A DNA stretch of 63,605 nucleotides, counting the filler, from Reticulomyxa filosa (taxonomy: Eukaryota; Protista; Foraminifera), in NCBI GenBank assembly GCA_000512085.1. It is 18 parts of 18 records of this genome, joined end to end, with 100 filler letters (N's around TTAATTAATTAA, not from the genome) between each part and the next. Parts side by side here need not be neighbours in the genome. Positions count along the whole stretch, not along the records: positions 1 to 4,317 come from ASPP01019434.1; positions 4,418 to 6,520 come from ASPP01045536.1; positions 6,621 to 8,229 come from ASPP01033788.1; positions 8,330 to 11,374 come from ASPP01047177.1; positions 11,475 to 15,859 come from ASPP01005652.1; 13 more parts are not named here. One strand, 5' to 3'. Of this stretch, positions 1 to 12,440 are shown piece by piece. The translations under genes and the position numbers were made by a program. The notes beneath the pieces were generated by a model that worked only from the letters and a program-made list of their open reading frames with translations, searched no databases and was not told the DNA's origin. The first letter of the stretch is position 1. Every line of letters starts with the position of its first letter.

Positions 1-1657
1 GGTGTGCATCAAATGTGGATCACGGTATTGCGTTTTGAATAACGCATAGTTTGGAAAAAAAAATCGGAGGTCCATATCATATAATGTGGCTCATGATGGA
101 CAAATTGAAATCGAACAATTGAAACTGGTGAGCTGATGGTTATGGTGATTACATGCGCAACCTATATTCTAAGTTATAATGTTGTTTTTTTTTTATAATT
201 TGATTGAAATATGTATGATCAATACTCACGTATAAAACATAGATCTCAAAAGAATATAATACCTTTTTTATCGAGAAAGTGGCTGTGGTGGTTGCGGTAC
301 CAGTAAGAACAGTAAAGCGAAGTGCAAACAACGACAAATTGATGGCATTTTTGATCACAAATGTTTGACACTTGCCGCAAATTTTTTGTCTTTGTGTGCG
401 AATTGTAGTTGTTTTAATTTTTCTTTTAATGAAAATTTAATGTTCTTCTCCAGTTCATTTGATATCTTGAACAAATTATAATTATCGTAAAAAAAAATTT
501 CTCAACTTTAATATTTTAAATCTAAAAGAGAGGGCATAAGACTGTGTGAAATCACTATTTCTGGCAAAAAAAGATCTCGAGTAGGACTAGATGATAAGAA
601 AGAATATGTATAACAGAATAACAGAAAGGAACAAGAAGATGATAAAGATAATGGCAAGAAAGAAAAAGAAAAGAACTTGGATTGCAAACACAATTAATAT
701 AAGAGAAAATGTGTTCAACTTTTTTTTCCTTTTCACCATAAATAAAAAAAAGGAAATTAATAATATGGTCGAACCATCTTTAAAACAATATTTCCCTTTT
801 TCTTTGGAAAAAACGAGATCATTCCAAAATTTTTCTAAATATCTGTTATCCCTTTCATTTTTGCCATTGAGAATTTGCTGTGCTTATTGTCCATTGTATG
901 AACCATCATCGATTTGACAGTATCCAAATAAGTTGGTGCGATGTTGTGATGTGTAATTTCGAAAAACTAAAGTGACAGCAATCCGCCGTTTTCGCAATAT
1001 ACTCTTTTTCAACAACAATCATCCAATACTGGAGATTGTCTGTGATGTCACATATATAAAATGTTTCGTGATGTATGTAGTACACGCACAATGATCTTTT
1101 TCAGCCAATAAAAAACTGGACTGGAAAGGGATGGAAATATGTTGGACAAGATCGGGGACTGTGAAGAACACTTTGGACATTAACAGGCTCCATTATTTTG
1201 TCTTTGAAATATAGTGATTTAGCATAAGTGCTTTTCAAAAAATTGATACATAATTTATCACTGCCACTCATTGTCAATTATTGTCGTTTGGTACATCTTT
1301 TATAATTGTATTTGCATTTGCATTTGTATGTATATTTTGTAATGGTTTCACCGTTTTCACTTTGAGCCAATTGCGGTGTTTGCATTGAAAACCAAAGCAT
1401 ATCTTATCTTCCGCCTCTTTTCTTGGCTTCACAAATGTTGTTTCCAATGCTCGCTGGTTCGTTTTGTGCTCTTCTTTTTGCTCGCTGTAAATTATCTCTT
1501 GCACTTGTCCATCCTTTCGCTTTGCGTCCAAGGTTTAAAAAAGCAAACAAACACTAAAGTTTGTTTGTAAAAAAGCAAAAGTAAAACCTGCTGTTCAAAA
1601 CTTTTTTGACCAAATTGATTGAAAAGGTTGATAAATAACACGTAACAGAAAGCAAAA

Positions 1658-2491
1658 ATGGCACAAGCATCAAGCGAAACTCCAACAACATCAAATGGAG
1701 CTGCCAGTTCATCCAAGAGTAGCAACAAACATTTCAAAGAAGAAAAGAAACACGGAAGTCAAAAGCGTATGGCATTGCACGAGTACTCCTCAGCAACTTT
1801 GGGAGCAGGAAACATGGCCGAGGCGGTAAAATTGCCAAAGGGTGAAGATTCATTGGAATGGTTGGCAGTGAACGTAGTTGACTTTTTTAATGAAATATCA
1901 TTACTGTATGGCATCATAACTGAGTTTTGCACTGATGAAAGTTGCCCATTGATGAGTGCCGGACCGAAATATGAATACTTGTGGATGGATGGAGTAAAAT
2001 TTAAAAAACCAATTAAAGTGAGCGCTCCCAAATATATTGATTATTTAATGTCTTGGGTTGAAACTCAAATCAATGATCCACAAATTTTTCCAATTGAAGA
2101 GGTTTGGATAACTTTGTTTTTTTAGGAGAAAACAAAAAAAGGGGCACAGGAAAACGTATACGTACCTGAACTTGATTACAAGTTATTTTATCCAACACGC
2201 AAAAAAAAGGGTGTCAAATTTCCAAAAGACTTTAAATCAGTGTGCAAAACAATACTGAAAAGATTATTTCGGGTATATGGACATATATATCATTCGCACA
2301 TTCAAAAAATTGCGCAACTGGACTGTGAAGCTCACTTGAACACGTGCTTTAAGCATTTTATCTACTTCGTCAAGGAGTTTAAGTTGGTAGACGACAGAGA
2401 ATTGGCTCCATTGAAAGATACGATTCAAGCAATGTTGGAAAAAGACGCACAAAAAAAAGTAAAATATCAGGCTAAGTACAACTACGAATAA
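1658..2491 (+). CDS. MOB1: MOB kinase activator (Mob1/phocein family), complete; exons 1658-2101 and 2210-2491
   Basis: Mob1 motifs AVKLPKGED..EWLAVNVVDFFNEI, CPLMSAGPKYEYLW, SAPKYIDYLM and KTILKRLFRVYGHIY..H. Removing the GT-AG intron 2102-2209 gives IFPIEE|GVKFPKDF, matching the family. Confidence 0.95.
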
Positions 2492-3281
2492 CGTATTGTT
2501 TACAAAGATATTACACGTAAACAAACAAACCTTGGAAAGTTTTTGTGGCTGTTATTTGTTTGTTTGAGAAAGGAAAAAGGGAGTAAAAGCAGAGGGAAAG
2601 GGTACTTTCTCTTTTTTCTTTAGTGTTATTTTCTTGAAAGATTCTCTATTTCCTCTTGTTTTTGTTGGTTGAATTTAAAAAAGGACTTTTGCTTCCTTTT
2701 GTAATAAAAGGTTCAATTTCCTTCTCATGAATTGTCGATCCAACAAAAGATGCAACAATTATATGATGGAATCAATTAAACAGTTACAGCATCACATTTT
2801 TCAAAAAACTTGCTCTCAGTTGAAAAAAACAACTCCATCACCTTGTGCTGATCTATCAGGATCGCATTAAAAAACAAGCTTTTGACGAAAACGATAGCCC
2901 AAAAATTTCGTTTGTGAACTTAGTACTTTATTCGAAATTGTAGCAATAAGTATTAAGAATTTTGTAAACTTATCTGTAGGTTTTGTAACAGAGCTCTGAA
3001 AGACTCTTTTAGCTATAGGTCTACATAAAAAAATGTTTTAATCAGAAAATCTGGCATTGTAAATAATCGAATGTTTTGTAGCTTTCGATCTATGAAAAAG
3101 TTCACAAAATAAGCACTTTGCGGAAAATAAGGAAGAGAAACATTTATTTCCTAAGCAAATCCAAACAAAATTCAGATATATGTTATCAACGCGAGGTTGA
3201 CGAAAAGACGAACGTTTTAAGCAATGCGTACAAAAAATTAATTGCTTTGAGAAATGAACAAAGACAGACGGATATATTTGT

Positions 3282-4264
3282 TCATTCAGAGTAGAAAGTG
3301 AGCACATTCTCTCCTGTTCCTCTGATTAACACGGTTGCTCGATTTTCAGTAGTGCGACTCAACATATCTAATACACCAAGATACATTGTGGATTCTTCAA
3401 AACAGGTAGGAAAAGGGGCTGTCACAAAAACGCATCTTTGATTTCGAGAATAGGCATGGATCATCTCAGAGATACGTAGCCAGCGATTCAATTTTGAATT
3501 CCCCCAAATATGGCTATGTTCTTTATTATCCAATTGATAACCTGTCAATTTTGCAAATTGTTCATATGTTTCCATACTTGGCTCACGGCGCCCTGATTTT
3601 ACTGTGTAGGGACCATTGATATTCAATCGAAATTTCTGTAACAATGAAGATAACTCTGCTTTCCATAAATCTATTGATTTTTTAAAATGTTCAGTTTGTT
3701 ATAGTATTTGAAGAAGGAAGAGGAAGAAAGCGGCATAAAAAACAAAAACAAACACAAAAACCTGTCGTATTTTCAATTTGGCCTATTAAATCTTCTGCAA
3801 CTAATCCTTGTCTGGATATTCGGGCAAGTTCTTGCAGCTGCATGGAGGAAGTTTGTCGCTGATGTTTGGCTTGATTTCCAGGTACGAGTCTGTTGCTCTG
3901 TTCGGTACCATCTGCACCAATATCATCATCAGCCACCAAGAATAGTCTCACCATAAAACGTGCATCACGAGTGCTAATATCTTTAGGCAATTTGACGTTA
4001 TTTCGATTCGAAAATTTGTTCTTTTCTTTTGGACCTGCGTTAGCTGAGCTTAATTGTCTCCAAAACCGATCGATGCTCATCAAATGCGGCACAAGTAATG
4101 ACAATCCTCCATCGTCTAATAGCCACCACACATCAATTACAGCCGTTGAACGGAACAAACTGTTCTCCAACAGTTCATTCAGGTTAATATTCACACTGCC
4201 TGATTTAATTTCACCCAGTGGTAATGTTTCCAATCCTCGGCAAATCATAAATCCCATTTTGAAC
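3282..4264 (-). CDS. SLC12 cation-chloride cotransporter (NKCC/KCC-like), C-terminal cytoplasmic part; 5' truncated at contig edge; intron 3761-3671
   Basis: IDVWWLLDDGGLSLLVPHL and the terminal VLIRGTGENVLTFYSE are hallmark SLC12 C-terminal motifs; splicing joins ENTT-D-LWKAELSSLLQKFR in frame. Confidence 0.88.
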
Positions 4265-4317
4265 CTCTTTTTTTTATTTTTTTAAACAAACTACGTAAAA
4301 TTGAAAAATGAAAAAAA

Positions 4318-4417
4318 NNNNNNNNNNNNNNNNNNNNNNNNNNNNNNNNNNNNNNNNNNNNTTAATTAATTAANNNNNNNNNNNNNNNNNNNNNNNNNNN
4401 NNNNNNNNNNNNNNNNN
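4318..4417. other. Artificial contig-joining spacer (N44-TTAATTAATTAA-N44), first of 17
   Basis: Identical 100-bp spacers with a six-frame stop linker at 4318, 6521, 8230, 11375, 15860, 20939, 30337, 32273, 36967, 38861, 39961, 42980, 46685, 52779, 56513, 59635 and 61126. Confidence 0.98.
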
Positions 4418-5499
4418 GTAGTTTTGTTCCAGTTCGCTGGAGGTATCAGCTTTCTTCAATTTATCATTATAGCCCAAAGCAACATGGGACAATTGTTCAT
4501 TAATGTCCCGCAAATTTCTTATCGGCGATTGTTGTGAAGGATATATTCTTTTCATTCATTTTTTTCCAATTGTCTAGTATTGTGCTCGATTACGTGGATC
4601 ACATACTTGCCAAGCAATCTTTTTTGATGGTTGGATCAATTATTAAGTTATGATTCTTCGTTCCATTCTGTCTTTGTCTCTTCTGTCGTTGAGACGACTC
4701 CACTAATGTCGTCATTCGACTATTTACTTCCATGATTTGCTTCTAACACTCTTTCTCTATTATTTTCTTTGAACAAAGGCTACTGACTCTTTGTTCTTTG
4801 TTGTTAAAAAAGAAGCATTAAAAAAACGAACATAAAAAAACTTGAACAATATCCCCCCCATCCAAGACTTTTGGAAATTTTTTTTTAGAAAAAAGTGCTT
4901 TTTTATAAAAATCGGTTCAAAAATGACCCACAAACCACAAAAAATGACCCAATTTTGAAAAACTCAAGAACGTCTCTCAGTAATCACTTTTCATTTTCAG
5001 AAAAAAAAAAAACATTTGATTTGACATTTGGCTGGTCTAGTACTGATTAAACTGGTTCATGTTCTTTTTTTTTTTGATTATCATTCAAAAAAGTCAAATA
5101 AAAAAAAAACATCAACTATTAGAACATGTCTAACAATAAAAAGCACACAAAATTGGACACAAAAAATTATTTATCGAATGCAATGTTAAGAAAATTTAAA
5201 TTTTATTTTTCAAAAAAAAATACGTACAAACATTAATTATTTATTTGAAAACAGTGTACATGTACGTACCAAATAAATAAAAATATTATCAACGGCCAAA
5301 TTCATGTATCTATATATTGACAAGTACACAAACAAAAATTATATTCATGAGACAAAGTACTGCTTGAAAAAAAAAAATTATAGTTAATACCAATGTTTTG
5401 ACCAATAAGTGATATCATGATTTTTCGATTGTCACTAGGATAATAAACAAGCTTGACAAAAGAGAATATTAACAATAACAATCACCAAAATTGCGAGAC

Positions 5500-6520
5500 G
5501 CCAAGCAAGTATGTGGTAATAACTGAAAATCATTTTTTCCATTTTGGGAACTTCTGATGGAATCTATAACAGTGCCGATGATGCCAAGTGCGACTGCACT
5601 TGTCACCTCGTAAACGTAGATGTAAATGATGGCTGCTATTCTTTTGGAGCCATCGACATCCGACTTCCTAGAGGCAGCATCAAAATGTCGATATCAAGTT
5701 CATATATCAACGCCAAATGGGCCACAAGATGCTTGTGTCAAATGTGATTCAGCAGCCGTTTTTCTAATTCATTTATCAAATTTTCTCTATCTTTGGTACA
5801 ATTAATTGATGGCACACTTGATATTTCTATTTTTTTTTTCCCAATAAATAAATACGTATGTACGTATAATGTATACATGTACATAGGCTCATTTAAACTG
5901 CAGCACTTTTTGGAAGCAATTATTTTGACCAACTCTCAGTCTTTGCTTGACGCGATAATGGCCATGTTACAAATGATCAATGTCTGCGCGTGCAATTGTA
6001 TATCGTTCGGTATGGTGATACATCATTAACTTGTCGCGACACATTGCCATGCGAATCACATAGAACGCAGAATGACGACAATTGTAATATCGATTGTTCT
6101 GTCATTTAATCGGCAACAGATAGGAGCCAAATGATGTTGAAAAAGTCAAATATTCCAGGTGCTGTATATTTTCGGTTTCCAACAATTGCTTCAATGTCTC
6201 GTTCCATAATTGCTCTTTGTTCATTGTTTCATTCTGATTATTGTTATCACTATTGTTGCCGTCTGTGTCGATGCTGGAGATATTGTTGAAGTCGATTGAT
6301 ACGATTGGTCCTGTATTCACAGTGTTCTTCTTGCTGCAGTAGTGACTGCAATATTAACACGTGACGTCTCAATTCCTTGAGTTTCCCTTTGAAAAGTGTT
6401 TGCTTGGTCCACACGGCAAACACCAGGGGCAAATGCCGGCCCCGCAATAACGAGTACCGCATTGTTAGTGACAAGGTCTCTGTCTGCGATAAGGACAAGC
6501 CTTTTTTCAGTACATACGCT
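5500..6520 (-). pseudogene. Degenerate coding-like sequence of unknown family
   Basis: Higher GC than the flanks; several protein-like ORF pieces (6250-6498, 6102-6320, 5738-5932) broken by stops and frame changes; an intron-like TA/TG-rich segment at ~5830-5885. Confidence 0.3.
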
Positions 6521-6620
6521 NNNNNNNNNNNNNNNNNNNNNNNNNNNNNNNNNNNNNNNNNNNNTTAATTAATTAANNNNNNNNNNNNNNNNNNNNNNNN
6601 NNNNNNNNNNNNNNNNNNNN

Positions 6621-6900
6621 ACTTGTCACAATTCAAATTGATATTGCAAAATAATCCTAATATTGATATAAATGATTCATGTAATGAACATCGACAAACT
6701 CCATTACATTTGGCAATCAATAATGGACATTGGGATATTACTCGTTATTGTATTGAACAAGGTGCATATATTAATATCAGAGAGGGTGCTGTTAACTCTC
6801 GTCTTAAGAACTCCTTTTGAAAATATCATGAAATATATGATGAAACAAAAAAGAATAAAAACATTAAAGAATATTTAGATGCAATGGAAATGTATAAATG
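6621..6900 (+). pseudogene. Ankyrin-repeat protein fragment, frameshifted
   Basis: DIN...RQTPLHLAINNGHWDITRYCIEQGAYINIR is an ankyrin repeat; the next repeat start (LRTPF) is in another frame and is followed by a stop. Confidence 0.6.
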
Positions 6901-8329
6901 GATATTAAAACAACGTAAAATTTACAATTGCAAGTACACAAGCCATAAAAAGATAATTCCATATTATCACAATTTCTTTACACCAATATAATCGCATCAA
7001 AGTAAACAAGAATCAATAATGTCATTTTTTTCTCCAGTTAATCTTCACGCGCTGAAACTAAATTGCATACAAAGAAATTGACTAGTATTTATTTTGTTCC
7101 CTTTGTTCCAAACTATTTCTATCATCGAAAGAGATTGGACATACTTACTTTATTTTATATGAAAGATATCACTTTTATTTGTTTAATTTTAATAAATCAG
7201 TGTTTTGAATATAATTTAATTATACATCTAAAAAGTTGAAATTGCCACATATAAATTTAAAATTAAGAAATGAAAAACCACAATTTGCATACACAATCCA
7301 TACATTACACTGTTATGTTCGAGTTCTTACAATTGAATAGAAAGAAGAAAAAAACTAGGAGTCAAAATCATTGATCAAACAACTAAGGACCACTTTATAT
7401 TATTGTACATAGACAAAGGGAAGATAATAATAAGAAAAAAGACAAAGCATTTTTTCTCGAGTAATCTTTGAGTCCATATACTTGTTTGAATATTGTACTC
7501 TTGTCAATCGCATCCTGACTTGACTCTTCTTGTTTTAATCCAATACATTTTCAAATAACAAAATATTCGAAATGTTAACAATAGTAATTGTGTTTTTTTT
7601 GTTACATTTGATGTAATGATCCATTTAAGTCTCTTTTCGGTTAGGAAACTTGTATTCTGTTGCTGTTTTCCATCTTTTCTTTTGCGATTATCGTGCATGT
7701 TGAATGTTTGGAATATATTAATTTTCGTTAATTCGTCTTTTTTATAAATGTATCTATCCTTTCGCTTGATGTTTTTTTTTCATTGCTTTATATTAGAATT
7801 ACTACCTTTATCCAACACACTTTGACATATGTTATCGTTCTATTGCGTTATTGTTCTTTGATTTGTAAATTGTTTCGACTCTTTTAGCGTCATACAGTCT
7901 ATTACTTTATTAGGGAGTGATCCATAAGAAAATATTTTGACCCGTAAATCAATCACTTCATTAATCTTCATATTCTTGCAACTGCAACTCACATATTGAA
8001 ACAAGTGCAGCAAATTATTTTGCCGCACTAAAACATCGGACCATCCTTTTGGAGATATGTTCCCGTCCTCATTTCATGTAATTTAATCCTCATATCCTAA
8101 AGTTTAATCAATTTTCACGCTCTTTATTTGCCATTTGCTTATTCCGTTTAAGAGCCGACTTGAAGATGAAATGTATGCGATAGGATCATAGCAATGAACA
8201 TGTTTTGCATCATTATCTATGCCCATATTNNNNNNNNNNNNNNNNNNNNNNNNNNNNNNNNNNNNNNNNNNNNTTAATTAATTAANNNNNNNNNNNNNNN
8301 NNNNNNNNNNNNNNNNNNNNNNNNNNNNN

Positions 8330-11320
8330 GGGAATTTTGATAATCAATGACAACAGCCATTTCCATTCATCAATACTGCCATCTTGTTTTGAAAGCGATT
8401 CAACGACACGAGTTTTCAACTCATTACGAGAGTCATCATCATCCCAACATTTGTCATCAAAATAAAAATAATCAGCCTTGAGTTCCACCAGTTCTTTAAA
8501 TACTTTGCGAAAATCTTTCTCAATTTTATTGTATCGAGAAGGATGAAGGAACCACATCACTTTGCGATGATAACATTTTTCAGTGAATTTCTCACCAAAA
8601 TTGTCAGAATTCCACCATTCTTTTAGCGAATTGGTCAACAGATTTATCCATCGGTCTTCATTCTTTTCAATACTGTAATTGAAGAGTTTAATCCAGGCTT
8701 CCAAATTTTGTAAAGTGGCTGTACCCCTTGCCAACAAGTTTTTAATAATTTTATTCACTTCGTCATCTTCAAATTCTGATTTCTTTTTTGTGTGTTTTTT
8801 TGTTGCTTTGAAGCTTTAATTAAAATTAGAGAAACAGATTGAAATATAAAGAGGCAGAATTTGTTAACATTCCACAAGATATCAATCAAATAAAATACAA
8901 CAGGTTCGCTGTAATCTACTTGTGTATGATAATTCTCAATTGTAGCCAACAATTGATAATCATGCTTCCAACTGTTGTATTTTTTTTTTTTGCACAATGT
9001 TACATAATAATCGCAGATAGAATAAGAAAAAAAAAAAGCATTACATCATCTTTTGTTGTTGCACAAATGGCAGGAAAGCCAAAAAATTTTTGGATGATGC
9101 CACCAATTGGATAAAATTAGAATCGGTTTGGAATTTACTTAAAAATGAATCTCTTCCAGAGACACCAAGTTTATTAAGCTGCTTAAAATATCGATTCCAT
9201 TGCTTAAAATCCACTTGAAATACCATAAACATAACTTCCCAGCATTTATCGGCATTATCAGTTGAACAGACATGATACCACACATTTTTATCTTGCAGGA
9301 ATAAAAATTCCAAAATGGATTGAGACAATTTTTTATCCTTTTGGACAATCAGTAAATCGAGAACATATCCTTCACTATACTTGATAGCAATTCCATCTAA
9401 CTTTCGTATATGTAAATCCGTCTTCAACACAGAAATGAGTTTTTTATCCAAATCATCCTCTTTCCATTCTAAACACTCACTACGTTCAAAAAGTTGCGAG
9501 AAATTAATCATAGAGATGTTGTTTGTGGTAAGTAATGACAAATAGTTCAAACATGGAATGAGAAAAAAGAGATCCCATTTGGAGAGCTTGCTATCGAGAT
9601 ATGGCATTATATCATTGGCCAACATGTCAGAAATAGCCGACACATAACTATATCTGTTGGAGATACACAAAAATACCTCAAACCACCAGGATGACCATTG
9701 TTCTACAGATATGGCAATATCTCCATTATTTTTTAAATATTCTGATTTCCATTTGTGCAATAGTAAATGTTGCAATGCCTTGTTTTTTTTATATATTATG
9801 TTATTCGAATTCTTTTTTTAAAAAAAAGTTTGCAAAACTGATGACAAGTTAATCTCTGTTGCATCAAATTGTTGTATCTTTTTTTCTAATTCTTGTTTTG
9901 GCAAAGCTAATCCTCTTGAGATTATTAGCCCTATATCTTTCTGTGCACGCAGTACAAATTGCAATGTGCCCACATCCTTAGCACCGTCCAATAAATGATT
10001 CAAAATGATCCCTTCTGCTTCAATTTGATTTTGTGCGTTTGTTCGAGTCGGAACGATAAAAATGGAGACATCAGCTTTTATAGTGAACTCACTCTTTTTG
10101 TCTTTGTACTCTGCATAAAGGACTAGTTCTCCTTTCATTGTTGTAACGTCTTTGTAAAAGACAGTGGATGAAATGTTTTGCAGCTCAAATTCTTTTTTAT
10201 TATTATTACATCACAAATTCAAGGTATTAAATGCAACTTTAAAAAAAAAACGCAAGCACATACCCGCATCTTTATCTTCTCTTAATGAAATAAATGGGAC
10301 ATTTGTTTCTGGCTCACAAACATAAATGCGCAGATTCCTTCCACTCTGGCGTTTGTATACAATTTTTTGATACTCTTGCATTAGATTGGTAATCTTTGCA
10401 TCTTCGGTTAACTCTTGAAATGTTTGCACAATTTTCCAACAGCATTTCATTTCTATAGTTTGTTGGAATGGCTTTTCTTTCGACAATTGTACAACCTCTG
10501 ATGGAATACCACATCGGGTTTTTATGCACGCCTCAATCACTTTCTTCGCACAATTGAATGTGTTTTCAGTTGAACTGCTCAAGAGCCATGGTAAGACTAC
10601 ACAAAGAGTAGAAAAAATAAACAATGATACATTTAAAATAATGCACTTAAAAAAAAACACGCATTTTACAATAAACAAAGAAATAACGTATATACAACTG
10701 GTTGCTTGATTAGAAGCATTAAAAGCTTCTAGTGCTTGCATTGCACTTCCCGAAAGCGGGATTTTTCGCATTTTTCGTCTGTCCAAATCCAAATCCAAAA
10801 CAAAACAAAACATATTCAATTGCTTATTATGATTTCACAGAAATAAAGACCAAACAATGGAGTTTGTGCCACCAGCTTCACGTTTATTGGGCGCCATTCA
10901 TTATTTACAAGTCGCAATCGAAATTGTACAATGTCATCTTTTCTTGGCTCCACTTTCGATATTGGAGAAGGTCCAGCTTTCCAAAAGACCACCTTTATTG
11001 TCATGTCCAACATTTTAAAAAATGTGAGCAAAACATGAACATTGTCTTAAATAAGACAAATATCTACAAATAACACACTTTTTGCTCCAATCCTCTTGAC
11101 TGCATTGAAAATGGTACAATGTGAGTAATTGACTCTTTACTCGATACTAAAACATGTGCAGAATATATATCCGGAAATTGAATGTCATGTATTTTCACAA
11201 GGCTTGATTTATTAACAGAATAGCGGTATTTGATTTCATCGCCTTCTTGCATTTCCAAATGTTTCCATTTTTCGTCATTTAGATGAATTACTACTTGCAT
11301 GTTGTTCTATTGCATACCAC
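8330..11320 (-). CDS. Multi-exon internal fragment of a large protein (helical; weakly RNF213-N-terminal-like)
   Basis: Collinear minus-strand ORFs (11064-11300, 10816-11031, 10211-10819, 9818-10138, 9041-9775, 8755-8997, 8330-8758) separated by GT..AG AT-rich introns, e.g. LEQK|VVFWKAG. The family guess rests only on motifs such as WDLFFLIPCLNYL. Confidence 0.55.
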
Positions 11321-12440
11321 TTTTTTTTTAAAAAAAAATAAAGTGTCAATTTTTTTATTTGCAGTATAGATAGTNNNNNNNNNNNNNNNNNNNNNNNNNN
11401 NNNNNNNNNNNNNNNNNNTTAATTAATTAANNNNNNNNNNNNNNNNNNNNNNNNNNNNNNNNNNNNNNNNNNNNTTTATTTATTTATTTAATATTTTTTA
11501 CCTTTCACTTGTCATTATCTTTTTATCTGATAAAACAATTCTATCATTCAAAATTATTGGTTTAATATCTTCTTTTTCTTTTTCTCCTTTTTGTCTTGTT
11601 CTTCTCACGGTTTTATTTTTTGTTTTTGTTGTTCTTGTTTTAGGCGGAGTCAAAAAATGATCACTTCGATAACTCACTTCAAAAGGAAAACCAAGTGTAA
11701 GAGAAGTTGTTTCTGTCAAAGACTGTGTCATTCTTCGGAATTTTTTTTAAGATTTGTTCAACAACTGTTGCTCGTTTTTTCCCCCTTGCAACTAAAACTT
11801 TTTCTTTTATTACTTACAGATCACAACATCAACTTTTTCACTTCATTATTCAAATAAATAAAAATTTAATCATTTGAGACATATGTGTCATAAAAAGACA
11901 GCAATTTGTTTTTTGATATAATATTTGTGCTTTCACGCATAAAAGAAACAACTACCAGATGCCACATTTTTAAGAATTCAGTAAATTATTTTTTATTTAA
12001 AAATCTTTTCTCGATCTGACAAACTGCTTCTGTGATTTTTTGAGGAGTATTGTCAGCAGTAATCGAAATAGGCATTTATCTCACGACATTTGATTCACGT
12101 TAAGATTTATTATTAATGCTGAACAGTGACTGTAATCAATAAATTCTAGCTTTTGCTAGATAAAAAGTGACGTTAATTTCCTTTTTCTTCGAAACCATAA
12201 AAAAATGCTAATTCTTTGACATATTAAAAAGTTCTTTTTAAAAAGGTGTCAATCACCTAAGGTGAAATACATTACTTAAAAATGAGTATACAGGCTTTTG
12301 ATCAATAGCACTTCACCACACATTACAAGAAAAAAAGAGCATCGAGAGTGCAGCAGACCCTTTCGATCGATCAAAGACAAACACCTGATGTATACAAGAA
12401 GAAGAACAAAATAATAAAACGCAAAGGTTGAAATCATTGC

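Noticed and set aside
760-1200. Possible decayed Kelch-family start
   Set aside because: Only faint motif echoes; insufficient evidence.
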